From Octopus vulgaris (Eukaryota): a stretch of DNA of 64,000 bases. The DNA lies in contig OX597832.1 in NCBI GenBank assembly GCA_951406725.2, forward strand, positions 58,404,001 through 58,468,000, written 5' to 3'. The position numbers were made by a program, and so were the translations under genes. Below, piece after piece: positions 27,780-41,080 of this stretch. The notes beneath the pieces are model-generated. The model was not told the origin of the DNA. It made no database searches and saw only the letters and a program-made list of their open reading frames with translations. The first letter of the stretch is position 1; each line of letters begins with the position of its first letter.

Positions 27780-28185
27780 ATTTTAAAAAAATCTATTTTG
27801 ATTTGTAGAAATACATCAGACAGATCGTGTTTTGAAAAAAAATTTTCCTCCGTTTAGTTTTGTAAAAATATTTCCTGGGGTTGGTAGTGGATAATGGTTC
27901 ATTTCTAAACAGTTATTTAAACCCAAACTAATTTTGTTATTTTTCTCTTTTTTACATTGAGTCGGAGCTGCCCATTTCGCGTAATCCACTTTTTCGATGA
28001 TTCCGTTTTTTTTCTCAATCTGTCCAACTCATCGTCCAGTTGCTTTATTACCGCAGAAAGCACTTTACTATTAAGCTTGGACACAGGTGTAACGTTATCA
28101 TCTGATTCAAAACGCGCCTCAATGTTTCTGCATAGACCTAGTTTGTCCGAAAATACTTGCGGAAAACATTCTTCGATTTTTGAAG
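27780..28185 (-). pseudogene. Inverted fragment of Ty3/gypsy pol (RT N-terminus)
   Basis: Minus strand gives FPQVFSDKLGLC...TPV...LDDELDRL / GIIEKVDYAKWAAPT / NHYPLPTPGNIFTKLNGGKFF / DLSDVFLQI. Confidence 0.8.
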
Positions 28186-28199
28186 AATGAAAATACTAA

Positions 28200-28437
28200 T
28201 TCAAATAATTTCTCACTACCCGACGTTGTCTTAATGTATGCGCAGATAGTAGTAGCACCAAGTGCACTACAAAAACAAATATTGCATCAATTCTACTGTG
28301 GGCACCTGGGAATGTCCAGAGTTAAAGCTTTAGTGAGTAGCTTTGTATTTTGGCCGACTATGGATAAGGACATTGAGAAATTGGTGAATGCATATAGAGG
28401 TTGCGCGTTGGTAACCAAAGCACCACCAGTAAAATAA
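28200..28437 (+). pseudogene. Ty3/gypsy integrase zinc-binding (H2C2) remnant
   Basis: IVVAPSALQKQILHQFYCGHLGMSRVKALVSSFVFWPTMDKDIEKLVNAYRGC. Confidence 0.8.
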
Positions 28438-28538
28438 CAATTGTTGTCGGAGACTGAGATTAAAAGACAATATCACGCATGCTAACGATACTGCCACCTC
28501 GCCGCTTTAACAACAACAACAACAACAACAAAATCCTT

Positions 28539-29080
28539 ATGCTCTGATGCAGTACCTGGCAATGGCTCTCATGGCTTCTGATTTGAAGTGTTATCATGTT
28601 CATGTTTTGTTGTATTATAAAACATGGTTTACAGCAAATATTCTGCTCAATACCTCAGAAATGCTGGTCAATTGTTTGACCTTAACCGGTTGAGCATGTC
28701 CCTTAGGAGCTGATAATGCGTGCATCTCCGATCACAAGCAGAAGTAGTGGGGGTGCATCATAGCCATATGTTGAGAGGAATATTTTGCGGTTTGCACAAT
28801 TCACCTGTGGAAACATGGGTGACTCATTTATCATCCTGAAACAACCCTTATTCAGGAAACTTTAGAGCATCATGGATTACTCAACCTGAAGAAAATTCTA
28901 ATTGGGCCCCCACCTACAAGATCATGCGCTGTTTGTCTTGATATGAAATCACCGTGTCGCACATATATGGTTGTGATGCATGTGCCTGGTGTACCCTTGT
29001 CAGACGGGTAGTCTGATACTGGGCTCCGTATATTCTACCCCATTGTCCCTTTGGTGCCACGTATTGCTCTCTCACTCAAT
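28539..29080 (+). mobile_element. ~550 bp non-coding interspersed element, copy 3
   Basis: Same family. Ends ctctctcactcaatagaaataataat. Confidence 0.85.
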
Positions 29081-29594
29081 AGAAATAATAATCCTTAATT
29101 TTGGCATAAGGCAAGCTATTTAAGGTGCCTGGGTTAAATGTTCATATCAACTCCATTCCTCATCTGATACTTTATTATATCGCCACCGAAGGAATGACAG
29201 GCTGTTGATTTTGTTGGTATTTGAACCCCCACCCTAAAAAACCCTAAAACGTTTCTTTTCCGACGTTCTATCGAGTACGCCATCTCACAACAATCTTATG
29301 ATATTGGCTTCTAATTTAGTCACAAGGCTAACAATTTCTAGGGGAGGGTCCATCAACCTCAATACTTGACACACGCTTCTCCGCATATAGTTATCTACAT
29401 TGCATATCTTTACCGTTCTTTCTCCCATATTCTGTCTTCCCCCTCTCTGAATTTCTACAACTTTCTCCCTTTCTCTCCTCTCTCTCCCCATCTCTCTCCT
29501 TATCTCTCTCCTCATATCCCATCACTCTCTTTATATATATATATATAAAGGTATATATGCAGATCTATACATAGATTACGTATGAATCTATATC

Positions 29595-29637
<43 letters not shown>

Positions 29638-29703
29638 GATATATATATGTATGTATATATGTATATATACAGATCTATACATAGATTACGTATGAATCTA
29701 TAT

Positions 29704-29739
<36 letters not shown>

Positions 29740-29857
29740 TATATATATAGATATATATATGTATGTATATATGTATATATACATATATATATATGTATAT
29801 ATTTATATAGATGCATGTGTATAAATAAATATATGTATGTATATATGTGTATAAATT

Positions 29858-29888
<31 letters not shown>

Positions 29889-30506
29889 ATATGTATGTAT
29901 GCATATATGTATGAATGTGTGTACGTATACATGTGATCATTTCATCGAAGAGTAGTGAATGGTTAGTCAATAGTCGGTAGAGTGAAGAAGAAAACTCTCT
30001 GTGTCTCTGTGTGTGTGTCCTGAAGGCACCTGGTCCCTCTTCCCCCATTCACCCGTCATCATTTACAAAGGAACAGTTTCTTATCCATCATTATTGCGTT
30101 GAGGGAGATTTTGTTTTCTGCTTGTGTCTTTATTACTCTTGCAAGTCTTGTTCTTTTTACTCCTTTCTTCCTTTCCTGTTAACAAAGAAAGAAGAGGAAT
30201 ACAACAGAAAACAAAACACCCCCCAAAAAAACACTGACGCAAACACACAGCAAGATTTCTGATGGATAATTGTATCTCGGTGCATTATATTCCTTACAAA
30301 CGACAAGTTCCTGTTTGTGCAACTCTATTATGCAACTGCATATGCACAATCATGATCACAACCATTGCTTTATGCATGCTAAGCAAATCCATACGTTTAC
30401 TTTTACAAAGACATCCATATATGGTTGGGCTAACGTACATACATAATACATTCATTCATACATACATACATACATACATACATACATACATACGTGCGTG
30501 CAAATA

Positions 30507-30553
<47 letters not shown>

Positions 30554-30626
30554 ACACATATAAATACATATATATATGTGTGTATGTGTGTGTATATATA
30601 TACATACATAATATATATATATCAAT

Positions 30627-30663
<37 letters not shown>

Positions 30664-30768
30664 TATATATAGACTTATATACATGTATACCAATATATAT
30701 CAATGGATATATAAATGTGTATATGTATATATATACATCTATATACATGTATACCAATATATATCAAT

Positions 30769-30825
<57 letters not shown>

Positions 30826-31369
30826 TACATACATACATAAGAGTGAGAGCGTGAAAGAGAGAGGAGGGATGCGGCGAGTAATTGTGTGTGTATGCATTCA
30901 AGTATGTATGTATGTATGTATGTATGTATGTATGTATGTATGTATGTATGTATGGATGGATGGATGGATGTACTACTGTATGTATTTGTTATATGCATGC
31001 ATGCATGTACATATGTATTTACGTTTATATGTATGTATGTGGGTGTACATGGATGTTTAAGAACGATAGTACGACCACGTACTCACATACATGACTCTTC
31101 TTCTATATGTTTGTGCCGTCATATATGCATGCATATGAGCGCGCGCGTGTATATATATATATATGTATGTATGTACACATTTATACATGTGTGCGTTTGT
31201 GTACGTGCGTGTACGTGCGTGCGTATATATACCTATATATATTCAGTATGTGCATATACATCCAGAGGCATGTTTACATGCATAACTATGTATATATGCA
31301 TATGTGTGTGTGTGAATATGTTTGTCTTTGTATATATATATATATATATATAGATATAGATAGATAGAC

Positions 31370-31400
<31 letters not shown>

Positions 31401-32420
31401 AGATAGATAAATACATAGATAGATACATAGACACATATAGGTATATAGATAGATAGACTGATAGATATAGATCATAAATATAGATATCTATATGTGTGTA
31501 TATATTTACATACGCATACATATGAATATACATTTATGCTAAACACGCATATATTTGCATGCATTATGACACAGGATTATACGTAATTACATAATGCTAA
31601 GAACCAAAATACCCCCCGACACGTAAGAACGTATAAAGATCCCCAATTACTAAGACACACACATTTAAGCTCGAACGGCATATGGCGAAAACTACACAAA
31701 TGTATGCAAGTGTACGTAAATGCATCTACCACACATGCACAAACACAAATGCATAAAGTTTACTGCTTGTCATCAGTGAGATTCTAACCTTGTGGGACAT
31801 GATCCATTATCTGTAATTGTTGCTACTGAGACCAAATAACCTGAAACTGCATATTATATCTCTCTGGAGGGAGGGAGAGAGTTAGAGAGAGTGTGGGAGA
31901 GTGGGAGAGAGATAATGAAATGGTAGAGAGAGAATGAAATGGTAGAGAGAGTGTAAGAATGATACAATATGTATTGGGAGAAAGAAAGAGAAAAGATATT
32001 TGAAAGGGTGAAAAGTGAGCGAGAGTGAGAGTTTGAGGTAGAAATGAGAGATTTTGAAGAAATAGAGTTAGAAGTAGGAAATACATGGAGAATGAAATTT
32101 CAGGGAAGAAATGAGAGAGAGAAAGACACAGAGGGGAAAATGGGGTGGTGTGAGAGGAGTGAGAGGCATAGAGCAAAGAGAGAACTTGTGGGGGGAAAGG
32201 CAGAAAGGTAAGATAAAGGCCAAAATGAAGAGAGAAGGGAGAGTGTTGATAGAAAGTGAGAGAGAGAGATGTTGTAAAGGGGAGAGAGGGAAGGCTGATT
32301 TGAGAAGGGAGAGAAAAGAGATAGGGAGAGAGAGAGAGAGGGAGTATAGAAATAAAGAAAGGGTGAAGCTTGGAAGTGAAAAACAACAGAGAAATTACTA
32401 GAGTAAAATAGTTAGTTAGT

Positions 32421-32499
<79 letters not shown>

Positions 32500-33062
32500 A
32501 AATAAAGAGTGAGACAGACAGAAAGTGAGACAGGGAAAGAGAGAGAGAGAGAGAGAGAGAACAACAGACATGTAGGGTTGAAAGAATGAAGCCAGAGAGA
32601 ATGGAATGGACAAGTGTGAAGGAAAGCGATAAAGAGGAAGATGTAAAGATTGATAGAGAGAAGGGGAAGAGAAAGAGAATGGCAAATCAGAGGAAGCAAG
32701 AGAGAGTAAAAAATAAATTGCAAAAAATGTCAGGACATTACTATATACATAGATTATATTTTGAAAATGTAACTACTTGAGGATTGCTGGCGATTTCTTT
32801 TTTCCGTATTCCATTTTACTTGAATTTTCCTCTGTCTCCTGTTACTGAAGAAGTGCTTTGCTCAAAACATAAAACAACCTTTCTTTCCTTCCCTGAGCGT
32901 TAATACTTTGTATGTACCACGTCTTCGCGTTGTTGTTTTTTTCTTCTTGTGATATTTTCTTCGTTATATATATATATATATATATATCGTTATTTAAAAT
33001 ATCGATCTTATCAGATGGTCAGCATTGAAATATAAACCTCAAATGTAATAATTATTATTAAA

Positions 33063-33194
33063 ATTGTAATTAAGGGCATCTAAAATATACCACCATGCTA
33101 AAAATAGCAGCAAAAACTTGACTCTAATTTTAGAGTCAAGTTTTGGCTGCTATTTATAGCATGGTGGTATCTCTTAAATACCCTTAATTATAAT
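33063..33194. repeat. Near-perfect palindrome (~65 bp arms, 2-nt loop)
   Basis: attgtaattaaggg...ataccaccatgctaaaaatagcagcaaaaacttgactctaa tt ttagagtcaagttttggctgctatttatagcatggtggtat...cccttaattataat. Confidence 0.9.
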
Positions 33195-33202
33195 ATATAT
33201 AT

Positions 33203-33243
<41 letters not shown>

Positions 33244-34339
33244 ATCACAATTTATGCTTTGATTGACAATGCTATCAATGTTTTCACGACGAGAAAGTTT
33301 CCAAAAAATTCAAGCGGTAATAATGCTAAAGGTGATAATCATCAACAATGGTAGTGGATCGCTGGAAAATAGTTGAAATTCCTTTCACAAGATACCATTG
33401 GTAGCAGTGTTAAGCCACAAGTTCAGAATATATATATATATGAATATAAATGCATATGTATATATGCATATACGTGTTTATATATATCATAAAGCCAGAG
33501 ATGAATATATTTATTTAGCTATTTGACACCCTTAATGTTACGGCCGTTTCGCAACCTTCTTCCTATAGTAATAATTTCAGTGAACAATAAAATTGATTAC
33601 ATGTTTTTATTAATATTCAATCTATGATGCATTATACAATACGATTGTATATTCAGAAATCAATGCAAATAAAGAAAGCTAGCTCATCAGATCAACAGAA
33701 CATCGAGGTTACACCGTCCATCAATAATTGTCTTGCTTGCGTTTCTGTTTTACTCACCCTTTAATTATCGCCAATTTTTTAAATTTTCACTCCTTTTCTA
33801 TCCTTAATTCTCTACTTCTCTCGCTCTCATTCTCTTATTTCTTCGTTTCCTTTATTTCTTTCCTTTTCCCTTATTCATCTTCTCCTCTCACTTATTCCTG
33901 TATTTTCTCTTTCTATTTCTATCTTCTGGAACCCCGTTCTCATTCACACTCTATAACTTATTTCTTCCCTAATTTTCTCTCTCCTTCTTCCTCTCTAAAT
34001 ATTCTCATCTCCTCCACCAACTCCCTACTTCTTCTCTTGCTAATCTTTCTCTTTTCCCTCTATCTTTTATCTCTCTTCCTTCTGTTCTCTTACGCATTTC
34101 ATAACCTTTTCATCAACACTTACATCCACAATAACACTATTAGAAGTCTTTGAGTATTTCCCTGACAATCTGCCTGTCTCCCTTTCTTTATCTTCCTTTG
34201 TTCCTGCCTTTCTCTTTCGCTCTTACTTTTTCTTTCTCTTTCCGTCTTTCTTTCTCTTTCCTTCTTACACAGCACTTTTTAAAAATATTTCTGCCGTCCT
34301 AATTTTCACCACTTTAATCACTCCGCTTTCATCTCTGTC

Positions 34340-34625
<286 letters not shown>

Positions 34626-35087
34626 GTCTGTCTGTCTATCTATATGCCTGTCCGTCTGCCTATCTGTCTGTCTATCTATCTATATTTCTCAATGTTCCTT
34701 CCTGCCTTCCTTCTCTTCTTCCTTATTTCCCTCCGTCATTCTTTCTTTCTTTCTTTCTCTTCTCCTTCATCGCTTTCTTTCTTTTCGTCATCCTTTCATT
34801 CTTCCCTCTTTGCCGTCCTCTTAATTTTTTTCTCAATTTTCTGAATTACTACCAAACTTTCCTTCTGCGAAATCCCATCGTCAGCGTTGGCGTTGTCGTC
34901 ATCGTCATCGTTATTCTGTTTGTTGTTGTGATGTTAAACCTAAGCCCCCCTCCCCCTCCCCCAGCACCTATAAAACACCCACCACCACCACCACCACCAC
35001 CACCATATCCTCCCACTACACCACCCCAACAACCCTATCGACTTAGCTCTTCATGAACCTTAGTTCAAATTTGACAATTATTTTCAG

Positions 35088-35108
35088 GATACAGTGGTAG
35101 GAGGGGAG
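35088..35108 (+). other. Candidate 21-nt microexon of an unidentified host gene
   Basis: ttgacaattattttcag|GATACAGTGGTAGGAGGGGAG|gtaagt. Consensus acceptor and donor, length a multiple of 3, open in phase 0 (DTVVGGE) and phase 1 (xYSGRRG). Confidence 0.45.
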
Positions 35109-35321
35109 GTAAGTAAGAGGAAGAAAACTCCGCGTCCTCATACTTACCTCACCCTCCGCCTCCCACCTTTAAAGCTTAGAAAGCTTTTAAATGATCTCTC
35201 AGTTACTGATCAATTCTATTCTTCTTTTGTCTACATTCTATTGATGTACTTAATTTGTTCTTTTTTATTTTTATTTTTCGCTTCATCTTCACTTTCGTTT
35301 TAATTTTAGTTTTTACGTTTG

Positions 35322-35352
<31 letters not shown>

Positions 35353-35457
35353 CGATATATGTATATATATATTCATATATGTATATACGTACTCATATCC
35401 GTGTAAATACATACATACACACGCATGTACATACGAACATATATATATTCATGCATA

Positions 35458-35492
<35 letters not shown>

Positions 35493-35591
35493 GTAGGTAG
35501 GTAGGTTTGTTTTATACACATATGAATACACAAATATAAATATATGAATGTATGTATTATATAGTCATACATACATCTATTTATGTGAATG

Positions 35592-35625
<34 letters not shown>

Positions 35626-35630
35626 CATAC

Positions 35631-35664
<34 letters not shown>

Positions 35665-36011
35665 GTATGTACATACATGCTGTTACGTGTGTTTATATAT
35701 ATGTTTATGTATACATGCATCTGAATGAACTCTCTTGATCATACGCATACGTGCACATGTATACAAACAAAGATATATGAATATATACGTATATATACAT
35801 ACATACACACACATGCACACATGTATATATATATTTATTTATATATGTAGACATATATACAATACCATACACACATATATATACATTAACATACATGCAT
35901 ATATATATATATACGGGTATGTGTATATGTCTATATCTATATATGCATATATATACACATATATATACATATGTATGTGTATATATATATATATACATAT
36001 ATACACATATA

Positions 36012-36055
<44 letters not shown>

Positions 36056-36138
36056 TATATGTATATATGTAATATATATATATATATATATATATACATA
36101 TGCATGTGAAATACTTAATATGTAAGTAAAGCAATTCC

Positions 36139-36198
<60 letters not shown>

Positions 36199-36587
36199 TA
36201 TATACATCATATGTAGTGTGAGAGGTTAGGTTGGCACCGGGGTTTGGGTAGTTCATTTGTGCCACCATTAATGCTTCGGTATGAGCAACATACCTCACAG
36301 TGTTTTCGGTTTGTCGGTAATTACACGTGTCTCTTTTGATGTGAATATACACTTGTCTTCGAGAAAATTGGCTATCATTATTCTCAATCAATAGAAATTC
36401 ATTTGCAAAAGTGCATTATCTTCATCTGTTCCGCTACCTATTTATAGCCATTCCTTAGCTCCTTTCCATTCATCTCCATCCGCTCTTCTCTTCGTATATC
36501 TTTTACTTATCTGTCCATGCATCTATCCCTCCATAGAGTCTGCACATATCTGTCTATATTCCCACTACTATATGTGTGTATTTATCG

Positions 36588-36655
<68 letters not shown>

Positions 36656-36660
36656 ATATA

Positions 36661-36701
<41 letters not shown>

Positions 36702-36782
36702 GTTTATATATATATGTATGTATATATATATATATCTATCTATATATATGTATGTATATATATGTATATATATATGTGTGTG

Positions 36783-36827
<45 letters not shown>

Positions 36828-37520
36828 ATATATATCGATATATATACACACATATATGCAAATATATATATATATGCATATATATATATATGGACGAGTG
36901 TGTTTTGTTTCCGTTAATCGAAACATGTATCCATCGAACTATCTTTCACTCTCGCTCACTTTCTCTTTCTGTCTTTCTCTCTCTCATCCACTGTGTATTT
37001 ATTTATATGTGTACACACACATACACACACATATGAATACGTCTAGCTGTGTGTCTATCTAGTTGTCTATCTATTTATCTGTCTTACTGTTTATATGTAC
37101 CCCTATGTATCATTATCTATCTGTATGTATGTATGTATGTATGTATGTCCGTCTGTTTACTATAAGGGACATTGTCTCTTAAAATGAGGGCATATGGCGT
37201 AATGCTTTTACTAAACTATTTCAAGACACCAACATCGATGTTAAATCTATCGATGTTTTAAACACTACTGTACATCATAATGGATTCGTCCAACACCGTT
37301 TCAGAGAATTCGAATCTAAGAAGATTGTGACAAATATTGGAAAGATGCGAAAGATAAAAAGTAATGATTTACATACCCATACGTGTATACATATATATAC
37401 TCGATTAATATAGATATTGATATGGATATTGATATAGGTGTGTCTCTACACGAAAAGACGTATAAATACGCACACAAACACACACAAACACACACACAAG
37501 CTCACACATATATGCATGTG

Positions 37521-37567
<47 letters not shown>

Positions 37568-37774
37568 ACAACCTCATCATAATCATTATGATCACCATTT
37601 AACGTCCGTCTAACATGGTGGCATGGATTGTCTGTTTGATAGGAGGTGGACAGATAGAAGACCATAAAAGCCCATGTGTCTGTTTTGGCATAGTTTTTAC
37701 GGGTGGATGTCCTCCCTAACACCAACCATCCGGTATATATATATACATAATACCTACATACATACATACATATG

Positions 37775-39640
37775 TGTGTGCGTGTAGGTTATGTTCAAAT
37801 TTATAGATTAGATAGGAGACTATCCTAGTTGTCTGCCTTGGGTACACTTACATCATAAATGGCCACAAGGCGTCATCCGCGGTACTGCACCCTAGTCGGT
37901 GTGGGGGTCTACGTAAGGAATTCCTCGGTGAACGTTTAATATAGTTTAAATGATTGATACGGAATACAGAGTTTACTTTAAGGTTTATTTAATGGAAGCT
38001 TACAGTACACTCCATCTTCCTTATCAATCATTTAATATATATATTTTTCACTATCTTTTCCACCTCTCCTCTTCTAGAAAAGAAGACCAACAATGTCTGG
38101 TCCATCGGGTCCGGGTCGGTCAATTCCACTGTTGGCGGCACAATTCCCGCCAATGGTGTCTCCTCCTCCCCTCCGGTGGCACAACCCACGAGGCTCCGTG
38201 ACACTCTGGCGTTATGTCTCCGACTGCCGGCAATGTCCCGTTTCTTCTTCTCTTCTTCTTTTTTTCTTCTCGACTGGGGGAGGGTGCGTCTTCTCAGTGC
38301 CCTGGAGATTCACCTCCTCTCCCTCATCCCCAGGATCCTTCGGTGAGCACCCATATTGCTCTCCTTCCTTTTGCGGCTCTTCTTTGAGGAGTCCTCCGTC
38401 TCTTCGGCCACCTTCATTCCCTCCTCTACAAAGGTCTCCGTCAACCGCTCCAGGACTTTGCTTTGCCCTTGAGAACAGTTCTTTTTTATATGGCCAGGCT
38501 TCAAGCACCTATTACACTTGGGGCGGGGGCGTCCCTTAGGAATCACCAGATACTTAGACATGGCCATTCTCAAAAAGTCTGGAAATACCAGACTTTCGGC
38601 TGACTGGATCCATAGGGTCAAAACATATTTTGACCCCTCCCAGTCAGCCGCAGGCAGAATATTTACGCTGAGGAGCTTGGTACTACTGCCACCCAGACTC
38701 CGGCGGACACTATCTCCTATCCACTGGGGCTCAACTCCGAGTGGCAAGCCGCAAACCCAAGCCCTCGTCAAACTCTTCCCACTATAAGTAGGAAGAAACA
38801 AAATTTCATTACCCTCCAGGGGCTGACTTGAAAATTCACAGGCTACTTCTGGGGAGTCAAGCAGCAACCACATGGTTGTGTATTTGACCCCCTCCCCCGG
38901 GTGATAAACGTAATCGATGGCTTAAATTCTGCCAGCTCTCTTTCGATTATATCCTTTCTGAAAATGGCAATCGCGTCGAGGGTCCTAGAGTAGGTCCTCA
39001 AAACCACCGTCTTACTTTCAAGTTCTTTTAACCATTTTTTGGGTAGTGTAATTTCCCACTCCACCAACTTTTCATTCTTATTTGCCATGGTTTTTGGAAG
39101 AGTCCAAAAATACAGTTGTTAAAATATAAAATAATTAAAGAAAAAGAAGGAAGAAGAAGAAAGTCTAAACAAAAGGAAGGAGAGAGAAAAAAATTAACAG
39201 TTCAATAAAGTTTTTTTTAATCAAAGATAGAAGAAGAGAGAGCAACAGTTCAAAACAGCAAAGGCCACTCCAGGCCAAAATTTAACACAATTGTAAAACA
39301 GTTAAAAATTCATTCTAATTTTCTTCTAGGTACTCCTTAACAGGACAACACTATTTTCAAACAAAAGTTTTAGCAGGAGACGCCCACCAAACCAATAATT
39401 TTCACAATTATGTGAATAATATTTTCACTCAGCCTCAGGCAGACTAGAGTCAAGAGAGGACTTCTTGCTTGTAAAAATAATCTACGACATACAACAGGTC
39501 CCCACTAGACCCCCAAAATTCTTACCTTACGGCTGAGTATTCAAAAGTCTTCAATTTAAGACGGCTTTCAAAACCACGTCTTACATCTTCGGTGTCAAAC
39601 ACAACTCTAATTCGCACATGCGCAATGAGGTAGCAATGAC
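37775..39640 (-). mobile_element. ORF1-only (gag-like, CCHC knuckle) non-LTR element without RT
   Basis: ~550 bp 5' UTR, frameshifted ORF1, ~300 bp 3' region ending near (CATA)n. No ORF2. Confidence 0.65.
38090..39088 (-). pseudogene. ORF1/gag-like protein with CX2CX4HX4C zinc knuckle, broken by frameshifts
   Basis: Overlapping ORFs 38843-39088, 38310-38873 and 38212-38508. YLVIPKGRPRPKCNRCLKPGHIKKNC is followed by an E/K-rich tail, typical of L1/Tx1-type ORF1. Confidence 0.72.
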
Positions 39641-40489
39641 GTAAGCAAGCTACTTACCACAAAGCCACTCCCAGGCCTGGACAGATAGATAGATAGCTAG
39701 ATAGATAGAAAGACAGATAGATAGGTATTGTTTGTTTGTTCGTATATTGGGTTATAATAAATATAACTTAGCATTTAACTAACGACTTAACCCCTTTTGA
39801 AGAGTACAAAAATATTGATAATAGAGACTTCGAATTTTCATTTTCGGATTACTAGGAGTGCCATAAACACACACACACATACACACACTCGCGTAAGCGC
39901 ATATAAACACTGTTAAGGTAGAGGGTGATGTTCAAAGTTTCGGTTTCGTGAACGCAACTCCGGTCAAATTTCGAACTTGTACAAAATTATCCATGATGAA
40001 TATTAAGATTCTGAGTGTCAAGTGAATACATCAGTTAGTAAGTATTCCATGCCATAAACCTGGCTGGGAGAACGTCCATCGAATACAGTAGTAATCCATA
40101 TAATTTATACATGCAGTGCAATATGTGCAAACTGTAAATCCGAAGTTATTCACCATTGATAGTTTGGTTCATTAAACACAGAATATAATAGCAATTAAAC
40201 AATTAGGAATTATATTCTTCAATGCTTTTATTCACTTACGTACGTTTCAGATGACTTCAAAAGCTGTTTTCGCATCGGACAATAGTTTGAATACATAATC
40301 AATTGATTAATTAATCAATTATTTAACGAAAATGTTATTTCCCAATTATTCGCCTCGGAGAAAAAATTTATTTTGTTAGTTATTTTGTTGCTTATTATTT
40401 GAAATCTGCCGCAAACAAAATTTACGGATGCAGGACAGTACATAACAGAAACATTACATTGCATTTCTCAGTTGTTATATAATTCTTTT

Positions 40490-40672
40490 ATACTCTAGAC
40501 ACAAGGTCTGGAATTATTTTTTTTGGTGGGGGGGCTCGACTTGCTCGACCCTCCAGTACGCAACTGGTACTTAATTTCTCGACCCCGAAAGGATGAAAGG
40601 CAAAAATCGACCTCGACGGAATTTGAATTCAGAACATAAAGACAGATGAAATACCGCTGAGCATTTCGGCGT
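40490..40672 (-). mobile_element. SINE family A
   Basis: ggtacttaatttctcgaccccgaaaggatgaaaggcaaaaatcgacctcgacggaatttgaa. Confidence 0.8.
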
Positions 40673-41044
40673 CAATTGATTCTCTTATATATTTATATAT
40701 TTTTATATGATATTTATATATTTATATATTACAATATTTTTAAATGTAGGGCTTTATGTCTGTTCTGTAGATATAAATGAATATATGAATATATGTATGT
40801 GTTTGATCTTTCTATGGTTTTTGTAGTGTTCATGTAGTTGCTGCTCACATTGCCTCCTCTCGGATTAAAAAGTACATACATATATACATACATACATACA
40901 CTATGTATTGTATGCGTGTATATATATCTCTCCTTCTTCCTAGCTCTCCTATCCAACTACCTTTTCCCAACCAGTCACCATGATTGACCAAAATCCACAA
41001 GTTTATTATTATTATTATTATTCTCTCTTTATTTCTTCGTGTTC

Positions 41045-41080
41045 CTTTCTGTTGAAGAGCGAAGGCTCGAAACGTAAAAG
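41045..41080 (+). ncRNA. Decayed minimal hammerhead motif in a solo PLE pLTR-like remnant
   Basis: cttt-CTGTTGAA-gagc-gaag-gctc-GAAA-CG-TA-aaag (A6 replaced by U). A related CpG-decayed copy CTGAAGAAgtgctttgctcAAAACATA lies at ~32845-32872. Confidence 0.45.

Larger units (their letters stand above)
26362..28476 (+). mobile_element. Degenerate, internally deleted and inverted Ty3/gypsy LTR retrotransposon
   Basis: Putative 5' LTR ~26362-26582, then a PBS-like TGGCGACGAG (26588-26597), gag, an inverted RT piece and the integrase zinc-binding region. It interrupts a SINE A (26205-26361 / 28477-28508). Confidence 0.8.

Noticed and set aside
29546-29780. Local ~110 bp duplication in TA-rich DNA (similar ones at 30680-30780 and 48480-48730)
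   Set aside because: Ordinary slippage or unequal exchange within microsatellites.
35140-35150. U1 snRNA gene or pseudogene
   Set aside because: Only the 10-nt ATACTTACCT matches; the rest of U1 is absent.
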